Shown: positions 1 to 9,435, numbered from the stretch's first letter. The stretch: DNA of 64,000 bases from a virus (IMGVR_UViG_2974506496_000001:64001-128000), one strand, 5' to 3'. The notes: generated from the sequence alone by a model not told the origin. Translations and numbers: made by a program.

Positions 1-1
1 C

Positions 2-964
2 TTTAACATCCAGAAGTGTGTTGGTGGTAAAGTGTTTGACATGCAGCGCTGCGCTCAGTCGTTTATCACTAATGGCTGGATCGAGCACTGTGATGATCCA
101 GGCGACCTGTCTAATGGTCAATGGACGGTAAATGGCCTGAGTATCGAAGATTGTAAGAAACCATTAAAGGCCTCTTACGCTCGCTTTATTGAGATCCAGC
201 GTAACCTGCAGTCCGGGTCACGAATCGACTACTCCATTGACCCAGAGCTCGAAGAGTGGCTGAGTGAATGGGAACGCGGTCGTCTGGATATCGCCAACCA
301 CGGCATCTTCATCGACGGTACCTTAGAGCCGGGTACGATCATGTCTCGCAACAAGCTGAGCAACAGCAGCGACAAAGCGAAATGGTTCCGGGTCGGTACC
401 TGGTACAGCCCATCTGAAGGCGACTCCATTGACATCAACCTGGTTGGTACTGGTAACTTCCTGTCGGTCGCACCAAAGCTTGATGATATCGATGGTGTGC
501 GTCAAGGTGGCGGTAACACCCTGATCCGTGTGCAGTTGAAGAAAGACTCCGTAGGTGCGACCTTAGAACCACATGGTTCAAGTCCCCTGCAAGCGGCGAA
601 GATTGCCAAAGTCGGTGCCGGTAAGTTTGTGATCTACGCCCAGCTGAAACCGTATACCCGTAATGTGATCCCGGTGATTGTTGCAACCGGTGCCACGCAC
701 TACGAAGCCGGTGTCTCTTATTACTTCCGTCCGGCGATTGCCTCGATGAGTGATGAAGAGATCGCAGCAGTGCCGGATGCGGTGGTGATTGCTGAACAGT
801 GGTCGCTCGGTCAACTGGCCGGTGTGGGCGCCACTAACGAAGGTAACCTGATGCTGAAGAGTAAGATCGTTAACGATCACTTGCAGGTACAGGTCATGGT
901 TAGCCAAGCACAATGGGCGAAACCAGAACTTCGTTATATCGAGCTGAAGAAAGAAGCCAAGTAA
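2..964 (+). CDS. amsF: AmsF/WceF-like exopolysaccharide-modifying protein, tailspike-like (5' end outside window)
   Basis: Frame open from base 2 (FNIQKCVGGKVFDMQRC...). Segments NGWIEH..PGDLSNGQW...LSIEDCK.PL, NLQSGS.ID, EWLS.WERG, GSSP and GLAGVGA.NEG.L match the AmsF C-terminal half as I recall it. Confidence 0.8.
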   Translation, partial: FNIQKCVGGKVFDMQRCAQSFITNGWIEHCDDPGDLSNGQWTVNGLSIEDCKKPLKASYARFIEIQRNLQSGSRIDYSIDPELEEWLSEWERGRLDIANHGIFIDGTLEPGTIMSRNKLSNSSDKAKWFRVGTWYSPSEGDSIDINLVGTGNFLSVAPKLDDIDGVRQGGGNTLIRVQLKKDSVGATLEPHGSSPLQAAKIAKVGAGKFVIYAQLKPYTRNVIPVIVATGATHYEAGVSYYFRPAIASMSDEEIAAVPDAVVIAEQWSLGQLAGVGATNEGNLMLKSKIVNDHLQVQVMVSQAQWAKPELRYIELKKEAK

Positions 965-989
965 GGCAAGCGCGTTATACCGCTAACTG

Positions 990-1019
990 GAGGAGGGGAT
1001 TCCCCTCCTCTTTATGCCG
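990..1019 (+). terminator. Hairpin followed by TTTATGCCG
   Basis: GAGGAGGGG-ATT-CCCCTCCTC then TTTATGCCG, after amsF stop. Confidence 0.75.
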
Positions 1020-1036
1020 CCCTAGATTTTACCAGA

Positions 1037-1055
1037 CCTATATTACCCTTGTGAT
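1037..1055 (+). promoter_or_regulatory. Putative phage (early) promoter CCTAYATTAC-N4-GTGAT
   Basis: CCTATATTAC CCTT GTGAT; contains the phiKZ early-promoter core TATATTAC; motif recurs 9 times, nearly always intergenic. Confidence 0.7.
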
Positions 1056-1138
1056 CTCTGTAGAAATAAACGGAATCACCCAGTCTTATAACCCGCTGAC
1101 CAAACCGAGTGTCGGCTAAACAAAGAAGAGGAAATACC

Positions 1139-1840
1139 ATGACTACCCGTAAGATTGCCCGCTTAGACAAACTCGCTAAATTTGTAAACGACAATTTTGA
1201 TCGCGATTACAACCTACCCTTTGCGATCGAGATCGAACAGCATGAAGATAAGTGGCACGGTGTTCGATACAGCCTCAACCTGACTCAGCCAGAGTGTGAC
1301 GGCAGTCCTGTAAAAACGTTATTCCGTTCGAAGATGTTACCGGCTGAATTCGTTGGTGATCGGTTTACACGGCTAGAAGGCAGTGTGGCCGGAATGGCAT
1401 CTGGGATTGAACTCCTGGGACAAGTTGCCTGGTACTGGATGTTATCAGGGGTAAACGGCAGTGATCGCGAATTGGGCGTGCAGGTAGCGTCGATGGCCTG
1501 GGATGCCTGGACACTGGCAACCGCCATATTTGATGGCTCTAAAGCCCGTGATCTCTTCGAGCGTGACGATTTCCTTTGCCCTGGCGTAACACTGAATCAG
1601 CACGTCCTGTGCGAAAAGTTTGTCAGCATTGACCGCGAAGTATGGCTAAAGCGTCGCACTAAACTGCTCGATAATGCGGTGGTTATTGAAAGTCGTTGGA
1701 CCTTCGTAAAACAATATATCGGGGCAGGCGGTCTGGGTCATGAAGAGAAACACACTGTCGCCGAGGTTACCAAACGCAGGCAAGCACCGGCGCCTTTTGA
1801 AATTATCTTTAAGGCCAAATCGTCTCCTTTTAATCCATGA
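1139..1840 (+). CDS. Hypothetical protein
   Basis: Long ORF; GAGG RBS before ATG 1139. Confidence 0.75.
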   Translation: MTTRKIARLDKLAKFVNDNFDRDYNLPFAIEIEQHEDKWHGVRYSLNLTQPECDGSPVKTLFRSKMLPAEFVGDRFTRLEGSVAGMASGIELLGQVAWYWMLSGVNGSDRELGVQVASMAWDAWTLATAIFDGSKARDLFERDDFLCPGVTLNQHVLCEKFVSIDREVWLKRRTKLLDNAVVIESRWTFVKQYIGAGGLGHEEKHTVAEVTKRRQAPAPFEIIFKAKSSPFNP

Positions 1841-1902
1841 GAATGAGGAGGGGGTTTCGACCTCCTCCATTATTGCTATTTTAAGTTGCAGAAAATCTAA
1901 CG

Positions 1903-1921
1903 CCTACATTACTAATGGGAT
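1903..1921 (+). promoter_or_regulatory. Putative phage promoter
   Basis: CCTACATTAC TAAT GGGAT. Confidence 0.65.
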
Positions 1922-1957
1922 AGGCCTGATCAACAATTCTAATTAAGGGAATTTGTA

Positions 1958-2428
1958 ATGAGTGAAATCACGTTTAAAGACGCGCGGTATTATGACCTGA
2001 TTACCAAAGAACAATTGCAACCTGGACACACCATCCTGCTGAGCCTCAAAGGTCAACCAGCGGGTGTCATGACCCCAGCAGTACAGTGGGCTAAAGACAA
2101 CCTGGAAAACACGGTCGTGGTGTACGGCACGGTTGACGATCTGCAATCAATCCGTAAAGAGATCAGTACTTGCGATCAACCGGTAGCTGTGGTCCTTACC
2201 GGCGGCTACCACGCAACGTATGAACTTACTCACTGGGCACGGGAAAACAACGTAGTGGTGTTCCTGGCTTCAGATACCAATGCACCGCGTCCACGTTATG
2301 CGATACTGCTCGGTACCTGTCTGATCCAGCTGACTTATGATCATACTGGTCGAGTGAGTTCTGCTACCGCCATCCGTAATCAAGCAACCGCATCAGGCTG
2401 GGTGATCGACTTCACCGCTGACGCATAA
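1958..2428 (+). CDS. Hypothetical protein
   Basis: 156 aa ORF with AAGGGA RBS. Confidence 0.7.
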   Translation: MSEITFKDARYYDLITKEQLQPGHTILLSLKGQPAGVMTPAVQWAKDNLENTVVVYGTVDDLQSIRKEISTCDQPVAVVLTGGYHATYELTHWARENNVVVFLASDTNAPRPRYAILLGTCLIQLTYDHTGRVSSATAIRNQATASGWVIDFTADA

Positions 2429-2467
2429 TCCTTTATTCATCCAATTAATTTAACCTGAGGTAATATC

Positions 2468-3073
2468 ATGCAACTTCATCAATACGTCGCCCTCTTACTC
2501 GGTGTGGGTTTAATCACGATCATTCTCGTTATGCTGGTCGGCTGGCTCGTGCTTGAGAACCAACGCAAATACGCTGCATTCCAACGGGTGCGTTACGAAA
2601 ATATGCTGCGCTATCGCCTGACCGATTTCAGCAACCAGGTGACAGCAGATCTCTCGGCCATGTTCCTGCGCTATTTACTCTCCCCGCGGGTTGGTGGTAC
2701 TGAGCGGGTGAGTGTAGAGGCAATAGCCGGTACCGTCCAGGGTATGCTGCAAGCGATCGCTGCTCACCACAACCATGAGTTTAAAAGCTCAGAGGTCGGT
2801 GATACGTTACTGGGTCTGTTGATTAAAGAGGTCTCTTATGAAACACAGAGCGACCGCATCATCTTTACCTTGACACGTCCAGGTGCCACGAACCTCACTT
2901 ATACCCTGACACACCCCGAAGCGTACGGTTCGATGCTCTGCTGTGAGCTGGAAGACTATCGCATGCGTCTGCGTGACCGCGCAACCCTGCAGATCAAGCG
3001 TGAGCTCGATCAGGCACCGCAAACGTATAAAGCCGCCTTCCCTAACTCGGAGCGGATTAATACCACTGCGTAA
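2468..3073 (+). CDS. Hypothetical protein with N-terminal membrane anchor
   Basis: Hydrophobic aa 7-29; GAGG RBS. Confidence 0.7.
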   Translation: MQLHQYVALLLGVGLITIILVMLVGWLVLENQRKYAAFQRVRYENMLRYRLTDFSNQVTADLSAMFLRYLLSPRVGGTERVSVEAIAGTVQGMLQAIAAHHNHEFKSSEVGDTLLGLLIKEVSYETQSDRIIFTLTRPGATNLTYTLTHPEAYGSMLCCELEDYRMRLRDRATLQIKRELDQAPQTYKAAFPNSERINTTA

Positions 3074-3172
3074 TAAATGGGAGGCTTTGCCTCCCTTTAT
3101 TTTTTGTCATTGTAGTAAATGTGTACAACTTAACTAAATCATTTAGTAAACGTAAAAAGGAAAGTCAACATC

Positions 3173-3469
3173 ATGTCAAACGAAGCCATTCTGAAAGCCC
3201 TGGAAACCATTGCCACTACATACCCAAAAGTTGAGGTGGTGTCGATTGGTGGGATTATCGCCTGCTTCGGCACGATGAAAGATGGAAAGGTAGAAACCAC
3301 GGTGTTTGGCAATCTGCCCGAGTTCACTGTCGCCAATGTGAAGAAGCTTTACAACGCGAAGTGGTCACAACGTCAATTGGGTTATATGTACGGTACATCA
3401 CAGGCCCAGATCGCTAACTTCATGAAGAACCGTGAGGTTAACGTTCCCAATACGGTAAAAGGTTATTAG
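3173..3469 (+). CDS. Small protein with C-terminal helix-turn-helix-like motif
   Basis: WSQRQLGYMYGTSQAQIANF. Confidence 0.6.
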   Translation: MSNEAILKALETIATTYPKVEVVSIGGIIACFGTMKDGKVETTVFGNLPEFTVANVKKLYNAKWSQRQLGYMYGTSQAQIANFMKNREVNVPNTVKGY

Positions 3470-3470
3470 C

Positions 3471-3761
3471 ATGAAATGGTACGAACGACTGGTCGAGAGC
3501 ACGGTGCTGCGGTTTATGGCAACCTTCCTCTTAGCCTGCTTGTGGTCCCTGCTCCTTTTAAGCCAATGCTCGTTAGCGCTCGATCTCACCTTAAGCGTGA
3601 TCTCTCTGGTGATCGTGTATAACCTGCGGGATTTCTTAAAGGACTTGCACCACGGTGTTTCAACCCGTCATGACTTTGCAGGGTGGTTTGTGCTGAACGC
3701 TGCTGGCATGGCACTGCTCTCGGCAATCATTAACGCCCTGTTCATCTTACATAGACTCTAG
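3471..3761 (+). CDS. Small multi-pass membrane protein
   Basis: Three hydrophobic segments in 96 aa. Confidence 0.6.
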   Translation: MKWYERLVESTVLRFMATFLLACLWSLLLLSQCSLALDLTLSVISLVIVYNLRDFLKDLHHGVSTRHDFAGWFVLNAAGMALLSAIINALFILHRL

Positions 3762-3769
3762 GAGCTCTC

Positions 3770-4351
3770 ATGTCAAAGAAACTCGATACCCGTAAAAGTA
3801 TGTTCCTGGCCTTGGTGTTACGCCACCGTCCCGAAGAGATCGGAATTACCCTGGATGAGAACGGCTGGGCCAAAGTCAGCGAAGTGATCACCGGGTTTAC
3901 CTTTACCGGGCGTGGGCTCTCATTACCTGAGCTTGAGATCATCGTTGAGACGGATGAGAAGAAGCGTTACCAGCTCTCTGACGATAAGTGCTATATCCGG
4001 GCCGTGCAGGGGCATTCTCACGAGAGCGTGATGAACATGCAGCTGGAAGTGGCGACACCGCCAAAGTACTTGTATCACGGCACCCAACAGATCTCCTGTG
4101 AATCGATCGAGCGACAAGGGATCTTGCGCCTTAAACGTTTATATGTCCACCTAACGGATGACATCGAAGCGGCTTGGCGCGCAGCAACTCGTAAACGAAC
4201 AGCCGGTGCAGTCTACCGAATCGACACCGAGAAGATGACGCGGATGGGCCATGTGTTCTATCGCGCTGAGAACGGGGTCTGGCTGGCGAAGCGCATTCCT
4301 TTCTCAGTCATTGAGATGGTTGATGCACATGACGAAGAAACAAGTACCTGA
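3770..4351 (+). CDS. kptA: RNA 2'-phosphotransferase (KptA/Tpt1)
   Basis: LRHRPEEIG, KKRY, IRAVQGHS, LYHGT, RLYVHL, NGVWL motifs. Confidence 0.92.
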   Translation: MSKKLDTRKSMFLALVLRHRPEEIGITLDENGWAKVSEVITGFTFTGRGLSLPELEIIVETDEKKRYQLSDDKCYIRAVQGHSHESVMNMQLEVATPPKYLYHGTQQISCESIERQGILRLKRLYVHLTDDIEAAWRAATRKRTAGAVYRIDTEKMTRMGHVFYRAENGVWLAKRIPFSVIEMVDAHDEETST

Positions 4352-4613
4352 GTGGTGGCACGTCCCCATGTTACCCATTGGGTTCATGATGATTTGGGTA
4401 GGATATGTAATAGGTGGGCAGTTCCTCAGTTTCTGGGGGTGTATCTGTGTCACGTTGATTTGTGGTGGGGTTTCGTACCAGCACTGCATGCGCTCAACCA
4501 AGTATCGCAAAAATTCCGTAAGCTGGTTTATCTGTTGGAATGCTTACGGTATCATCGCGTGTTTGGGTATTGGGTTTATGGTAGCGGCAATTTATCTAGG
4601 CGGAGTCAAATAA
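4329..4613 (+). CDS. Small membrane protein
   Basis: Three hydrophobic stretches; start chosen within ORF 4251..4613. Confidence 0.55.
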   Translation: MTKKQVPEWWHVPMLPIGFMMIWVGYVIGGQFLSFWGCICVTLICGGVSYQHCMRSTKYRKNSVSWFICWNAYGIIACLGIGFMVAAIYLGGVK

Positions 4614-4886
4614 GTGAAAAGTAAAACAGGCAGTAAGTTAACACGCACGTTGTTGTTTTGTTTTGGTGCTTACATCACGGGGATGTTTGCCTTGATGATG
4701 ATCCTGTCATCACAAAGCACTGCAGGCATCACTGCAGGGAACTATGACAAAATGAGCGTGGATGACTCGCCTGAGTTTATTTTAACAGATCGCAGTAATG
4801 GATGTAGATACGTCTATGACTCGGTTACCAAAACAGCCCACACTGCAACAGGCTTCGATTACTGCCTGTCGCTAAGGAAAGAATAA
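4614..4886 (+). CDS. Hypothetical protein with signal/TM helix
   Basis: Hydrophobic N-terminus, two Cys in soluble part. Confidence 0.6.
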   Translation: MKSKTGSKLTRTLLFCFGAYITGMFALMMILSSQSTAGITAGNYDKMSVDDSPEFILTDRSNGCRYVYDSVTKTAHTATGFDYCLSLRKE

Positions 4887-4892
4887 TGGTTC

Positions 4893-5186
4893 GTGCTTAT
4901 CGACACTCTGAGCTGCTACGATGGCCGCATCCCGCGGCCTGCACCCGGAGTTCGTTCTATGTCTATTGCAGTCAACCGTCATCACGCTAAACGTTTAAAG
5001 GCCAAACGTAAACATTACTGGAACGTCGGCGGGAAACGCCAGAACAACAAGGCGGTGGGAATTATCTTCCATACCCCGTGCAAATGCAGCTGCACTATGT
5101 GCGGTAACCAACGCAAGCATTGGGGTCGCCCGATCCAGGAAGTGAAACAAGCGGCCCGTTTTAGTGATACGGTCACTGACATTTAA
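4893..5186 (+). CDS. Small basic protein with Cys-rich zinc-binding-like motif
   Basis: HTPCKCSCTMCGNQRK; Arg/Lys rich; true start may be the internal Met (MSIAV). Confidence 0.6.
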   Translation: MLIDTLSCYDGRIPRPAPGVRSMSIAVNRHHAKRLKAKRKHYWNVGGKRQNNKAVGIIFHTPCKCSCTMCGNQRKHWGRPIQEVKQAARFSDTVTDI

Positions 5187-5234
5187 CCATGCAAGGGGGG
5201 TTGTTGGCTCCCCTTCTTTATTTGAGGAATCCGC

Positions 5235-5600
5235 ATGAAACGCGGCTACCCATCAGGCCAACCGATTGAAGTCGAAGTCGGTGGAGTCATGTACCAATTT
5301 AACCCCCTTGAAAACATGCTGGCTGATCTGCGTGCCAATAAGTTGATCATCGTGTGTTGTAGTAATAAGAAGCGCGCCATTACCGATATCTGGATGTGCG
5401 ATGCCGAGATCGACTACTCGACGCAGTCACGCATGGAACACATCCTGGTCAGTGATCGTTGCAAGCAGTTCACCAAAGACTACGCCTTAACGCGAGTAGT
5501 GGATGTTGATAGCCGGTCATTGACGATAGCCGGTCCAGATAAAAAGATGCTGTCGATGGTGATTATGGGGGATACCCTCTACGCCGTTAAGCCAAGTTAA
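5235..5600 (+). CDS. Hypothetical protein
   Basis: ORF with GAGGA RBS. Confidence 0.7.
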   Translation: MKRGYPSGQPIEVEVGGVMYQFNPLENMLADLRANKLIIVCCSNKKRAITDIWMCDAEIDYSTQSRMEHILVSDRCKQFTKDYALTRVVDVDSRSLTIAGPDKKMLSMVIMGDTLYAVKPS

Positions 5601-5623
5601 CAGAACAGCGGTTGGGTGCCTCT

Positions 5624-5725
5624 ATGAACAATGTTTGGCTTTTAGTAATGGCCCTTATTTATACAGCAGGGCTTATTGCCGCATGTGTGGTTGCACGCAT
5701 GGCAGTCTTTCATCATGTGATCTAA
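5624..5725 (+). CDS. 33-aa hydrophobic micro-protein (not in ORF track)
   Basis: MNNVWLLVMALIYTAGLIAACVVARMAVFHHVI fills the gap between neighbouring genes. Confidence 0.45.
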   Translation: MNNVWLLVMALIYTAGLIAACVVARMAVFHHVI

Positions 5726-5734
5726 AGGGCAATT

Positions 5735-6013
5735 ATGAGTAAAGGTACTTTGAAAGGCCTTGGTGTGGTGTTGGCGTGTCTTGTGATTGGCGTATTGCTG
5801 TTTGTTTTTGCAACCGCTGTTCAAGCTGCCGATACACCCGTTAACCCCCACTGTGTTGCCATTACTAACGACAGTACAATTACCACCCAGTGTGACGACG
5901 GTACCGTGGTCATTACCAACACCGCAACCTCGACGGTGATGGTGTGTCATGTAAGTAAAGAAACAAAAGGTCTTCCGCAATGCGTGAAAGACCGGGTTGT
6001 CATTTCTAATTAA
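5735..6013 (+). CDS. Exported small Cys-containing protein
   Basis: Signal-peptide-like N-terminus (AVQA), four Cys in mature part. Confidence 0.6.
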   Translation: MSKGTLKGLGVVLACLVIGVLLFVFATAVQAADTPVNPHCVAITNDSTITTQCDDGTVVITNTATSTVMVCHVSKETKGLPQCVKDRVVISN

Positions 6014-6036
6014 CGTTATTCTTCGGAGCTACACAC

Positions 6037-7170
6037 ATGCAGTACAGTACCTTTAATACCACTAAAAACGATCAGATGGCTGAACCGATGTTCCTGGGTC
6101 AGTCGGTTAACGTCTCACGTTATGATCAGCAGAAGTACCCCGCGTTCGAAAAGCTGATTGAGAAACAACTTTCATTCTTCTGGCGCCCTGAAGAGGTGGA
6201 TGTTTCGCAAGACCGTATCGACTTCCAGGGGTTACCGGATCATGAGAAACACATCTTCGTGTCTAACCTGAAATACCAAACCCTGCTGGACTCGATTCAG
6301 GGTCGTAGTCCGAACGTGGCCCTGCTGCCGATCTGTTCTATCCCGGAACTCGAAACCTGGATTGAAACCTGGGCGTTCTCTGAAACGATCCACTCGCGCT
6401 CATACACCCACATCATCCGTAATATCTTTACTGACCCCTCCATCGTGTTTGATGACATCGTGACCAACGAACACATCAAAGCGCGTGCTGAGTCCGTCAC
6501 GGAGTATTACGACCAGCTGATTGAAATGACCATGTACCTCAACTTACTGGGTGAAGGTACTCATGTAATCAATGGTAAGAAAGTCGTGGTGTCGATGCGT
6601 GCTATCAAGCGTCTGGTCTACCTGTGCATCGTGTCAGTCAACGTGCTGGAAGCCATCCGCTTCTATGTCTCCTTTGCCTGCTCGTTTGCCTTTGCTGAAC
6701 GCGAGCTGATGGAAGGCAACGCCAAGATCATTAAACTGATCGCCCGTGATGAAGCCCTGCATCTGACCGGCACCCAGCACATGATCATGTTAATGAAGTC
6801 CGGTGCTGACGATGCTGAGATGGCGGAAATCGTTAAAGAGTGTGAAGCAGAAACATACGCACTCTTTAAGGACGCTGCAGAGCAGGAGAAAGACTGGGCG
6901 AACTATCTGTTCCAGGATGGGTCGATGATCGGTCTGAACAAAGAGATCGTGTGTCAGTACATCGAATACATCACCAACATCCGTATTCGCGCCATCGGTT
7001 ACGATGACATCTACGCCGGTGTCAAAGCTAACCCTATCCCGTGGATCAACTCCTGGCTGGTTTCTGACAACGTGCAACAAGCCCCTCAAGAGTCAGAGAT
7101 TACCTCGTATTTAGTAGGTCAGATCGACTCAACTGTCGATGCAGATGCGTTTGATAACTTCGAACTTTAA
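6037..7170 (+). CDS. nrdB: Ribonucleotide reductase class Ia beta subunit
   Basis: [46 protein letters not shown]; closely E. coli-like. Confidence 0.97.
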   Translation: MQYSTFNTTKNDQMAEPMFLGQSVNVSRYDQQKYPAFEKLIEKQLSFFWRPEEVDVSQDRIDFQGLPDHEKHIFVSNLKYQTLLDSIQGRSPNVALLPICSIPELETWIETWAFSETIHSRSYTHIIRNIFTDPSIVFDDIVTNEHIKARAESVTEYYDQLIEMTMYLNLLGEGTHVINGKKVVVSMRAIKRLVYLCIVSVNVLEAIRFYVSFACSFAFAERELMEGNAKIIKLIARDEALHLTGTQHMIMLMKSGADDAEMAEIVKECEAETYALFKDAAEQEKDWANYLFQDGSMIGLNKEIVCQYIEYITNIRIRAIGYDDIYAGVKANPIPWINSWLVSDNVQQAPQESEITSYLVGQIDSTVDADAFDNFEL

Positions 7171-7227
7171 TACGTGATCAGCTTCACTCACGTAGAGGGC
7201 TGATCGCTAGCCCTTTATGGAGAGTGT

Positions 7228-8061
7228 ATGTCTGAGATAAAAGATAACCCGGATAACTGGAAAGTGATTCCGGGTTACTCACGTTATGAGATCAACGAAG
7301 TCGGCGTTGTAAGAAAGATACATAACAAGAAGGTGATGAAACAATGGCTGCGTGGTAATTATACCGCCACTGCTATCACTTCTGATAATAAGTCAACTAG
7401 TAGAATAGAATCTATTCATATTTTACTGTGCCTTACATTTATTGGTCCAAAGCCCTTACCTGAACCTGGGCACAAACTTGTTACCGCTAACCACAAGGAC
7501 GGTAACAAACTTAACAATGTGAGGTCTAATGTAGAATGGTTATCCAATTCTGGTAATATTCTGCATGCTTACAAGAACCGGCTAAATAAATCATCACAGC
7601 ACCTGCGTCTAACCAATGTGGTCTCTGGTGAAGTTGTCGACCTGCATTCTTACCGCGAATTATCCAAATGGATGGGTAATCCTAACCTGCGCGGAAGAAT
7701 GGAGTATCTGAAGTATCGTAACAAGCTTTATCAAGGCCAGTGGCGAATAGAACTTCTTGGCGAATCAGAGAAGTCTTCAGGGTCTCGTACCAGTAAACAA
7801 GTATGCGTAATGGATGTGGCTAAACGACTTGGATTGAGGGGTGGTGAGTTTGATACTTTCATCTTTAATTCCATGCATGATGCTGCAGCGGCATTAGGCG
7901 TAAGTCGCAAAGGTATTGGTCGGTCGATTAGTACCAAAGGACGCCATGTTGTAAATGGGTACGCTATATCGCTATCATTTGACGATATGACTAATATCAC
8001 TTATGACAAAGCGTATGTGGAGATTAGTCTTAAATGGGCGAAACTCAGGGGTAAGAAGTAA
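7228..8061 (+). mobile_element. Free-standing HNH homing endonuclease (NUMOD4-HNH-NUMOD1-like)
   Basis: WKVIPGYSRYEINEVG (NUMOD4); NHKDGNKLNN..SNVEW...SGNILHA (HNH); FNSMHDAAAALGVS; visibly AT-richer than flanks. Confidence 0.9.
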
Positions 8062-8129
8062 GTTCTTATCTGGTCGGTCAGATCGACTCGAAAGTGGACG
8101 CCAACGATTTCGACGATTTCCAACTGTAA
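8055..8129 (+). pseudogene. nrdB: Orphan duplicate of the nrdB 3' end ([24 protein letters not shown])
   Basis: 24 codons plus TAA, colinear with 7096..7170; in-frame TAA at 8052 upstream and no start codon. Confidence 0.9.
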
Positions 8130-8136
8130 CTGCTAG

Positions 8137-8160
8137 GCACCCATGCTTCGGTGTGGGTGC
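8137..8160 (+). terminator. UUCG-tetraloop hairpin after the nrdB relic
   Basis: GCACCCATGC-TTCG-GTGTGGGTGC. Confidence 0.55.
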
Positions 8161-8177
8161 TGTATAAAGGAGGATGT

Positions 8178-8774
8178 ATGGATGTAGGGCAACGCAATGT
8201 CCAGATCTCAGATCAGTATGAGATTATCGGCATGGCGGGCGTAAACTACCTGCCTTTAAAGAAGTCTTCCTCCGATACATACCGCGTGGTGTTGTGTCGG
8301 TTGGATGGGTTAGGGCGTGACAACACTAACTTGCATTATGACATCGATGATGCCTTCACTGACCACTACCGCTTTATCACCCAGCAACTCCCCTTTGCCG
8401 AATTTGATGGCAGGGATCGTGTCACCACACTCATGCAGAACTGGCAAGGCAAAGCAACCACCGAGATCATTGACAACATCTTTAGTTCAATTGATCCCGA
8501 CGCAGGCGCCTTTACGCTAGAAAGCATCAGTGTGGAAAACGGTTACCTTTATGGCGAGGTCAGATTAGCCAATAGCATTGTGGGAACGAATCTCTCCATG
8601 ATGCTGAACCATCCACGTCCCGATCAGGCGGCCATGATCTTTGGTGTTCGCTACCTGTCGGTCAATACCCGGCTTGACGGACTGCAATATGCTGATGTCA
8701 AGAAGATCTGTGCGTATGACGTGAATATCGTCAGCGAAACTGAATTAACCCAACGTCGTAACGGCGTGAAATAA
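8178..8774 (+). CDS. Hypothetical protein
   Basis: AAGGAGG RBS before ATG 8178. Confidence 0.7.
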   Translation: MDVGQRNVQISDQYEIIGMAGVNYLPLKKSSSDTYRVVLCRLDGLGRDNTNLHYDIDDAFTDHYRFITQQLPFAEFDGRDRVTTLMQNWQGKATTEIIDNIFSSIDPDAGAFTLESISVENGYLYGEVRLANSIVGTNLSMMLNHPRPDQAAMIFGVRYLSVNTRLDGLQYADVKKICAYDVNIVSETELTQRRNGVK

Positions 8775-8808
8775 TGAACCGTTTAAAAGGTGCTGTGAGA
8801 ACCTATAA

Positions 8809-9426
8809 ATGAAAAGAACAAAAAATATAAAGCTTGATCGTTTTCGTAAGGCATGGAAATTTAAGAAGGTTACGCTGGCATTGATGGTGGTAACCGGATC
8901 GTTTTACCTGGTGGCGTGCGATGAGCCGCGTGATCAGCAAGTGCAGATGTATCAGAATGCGGATGACTGTAGTCGAGCTCGCCCGCAAGACAAGCAGCGC
9001 TGTTCTGATGCGTACAATAACGCTCTGCGTGAATCTGAACGTACCGCCCCGCGTTACGGATCGAAAGGAGATTGTGATGCCGAGTTTGGCTCTGACAATT
9101 GCTACCAATCCACGGCTCATAGCCCGACCTGGATGTCGTATATGGGCGGATACATGTACGGGCGCAACGGGAGTTACGCACAGCCGTTGTATTCCTCACG
9201 GGTAACGTCAAGTCCTGCCTATCACCGCTACGTCGATGCTGGCGGACGTAACTACGGCAGTGCTATCTCTGGACGCTCGATTAATACCACACGCAGCGCG
9301 TTAGCGCCCAAGCCTGTAGTCACTTCAACCATTACCCGTGGCGGGTTCGGTGCAAGCGTGGCACACATGAGTAGTTCTCATTCTTCGTCCAGTCACAGCA
9401 GTGGCGGACATTCATCTGGCGGTTAA
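8809..9426 (+). CDS. ygiB: DUF1190/YgiB (UPF0441)-like protein
   Basis: MKRTKNI...FRK, LVAC, AYNNAL.E..RTAPRY, DC.AEFG, AQPLYSS, TITRGGFG, Ser-rich tail. Confidence 0.85.
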   Translation: MKRTKNIKLDRFRKAWKFKKVTLALMVVTGSFYLVACDEPRDQQVQMYQNADDCSRARPQDKQRCSDAYNNALRESERTAPRYGSKGDCDAEFGSDNCYQSTAHSPTWMSYMGGYMYGRNGSYAQPLYSSRVTSSPAYHRYVDAGGRNYGSAISGRSINTTRSALAPKPVVTSTITRGGFGASVAHMSSSHSSSSHSSGGHSSGG

Positions 9427-9435
9427 GGAACAGTA

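Noticed and set aside
7171-8054. Group I intron in nrdB (as in T4)
   Set aside because: nrdB is complete before the insertion and almost no non-coding sequence is left for a ribozyme core; a duplicated 3' end explains the locus better
8052-8129. Programmed frameshift fusing HNH to the NrdB tail peptide
   Set aside because: No canonical slippery heptamer at the overlap and no start codon for the relic
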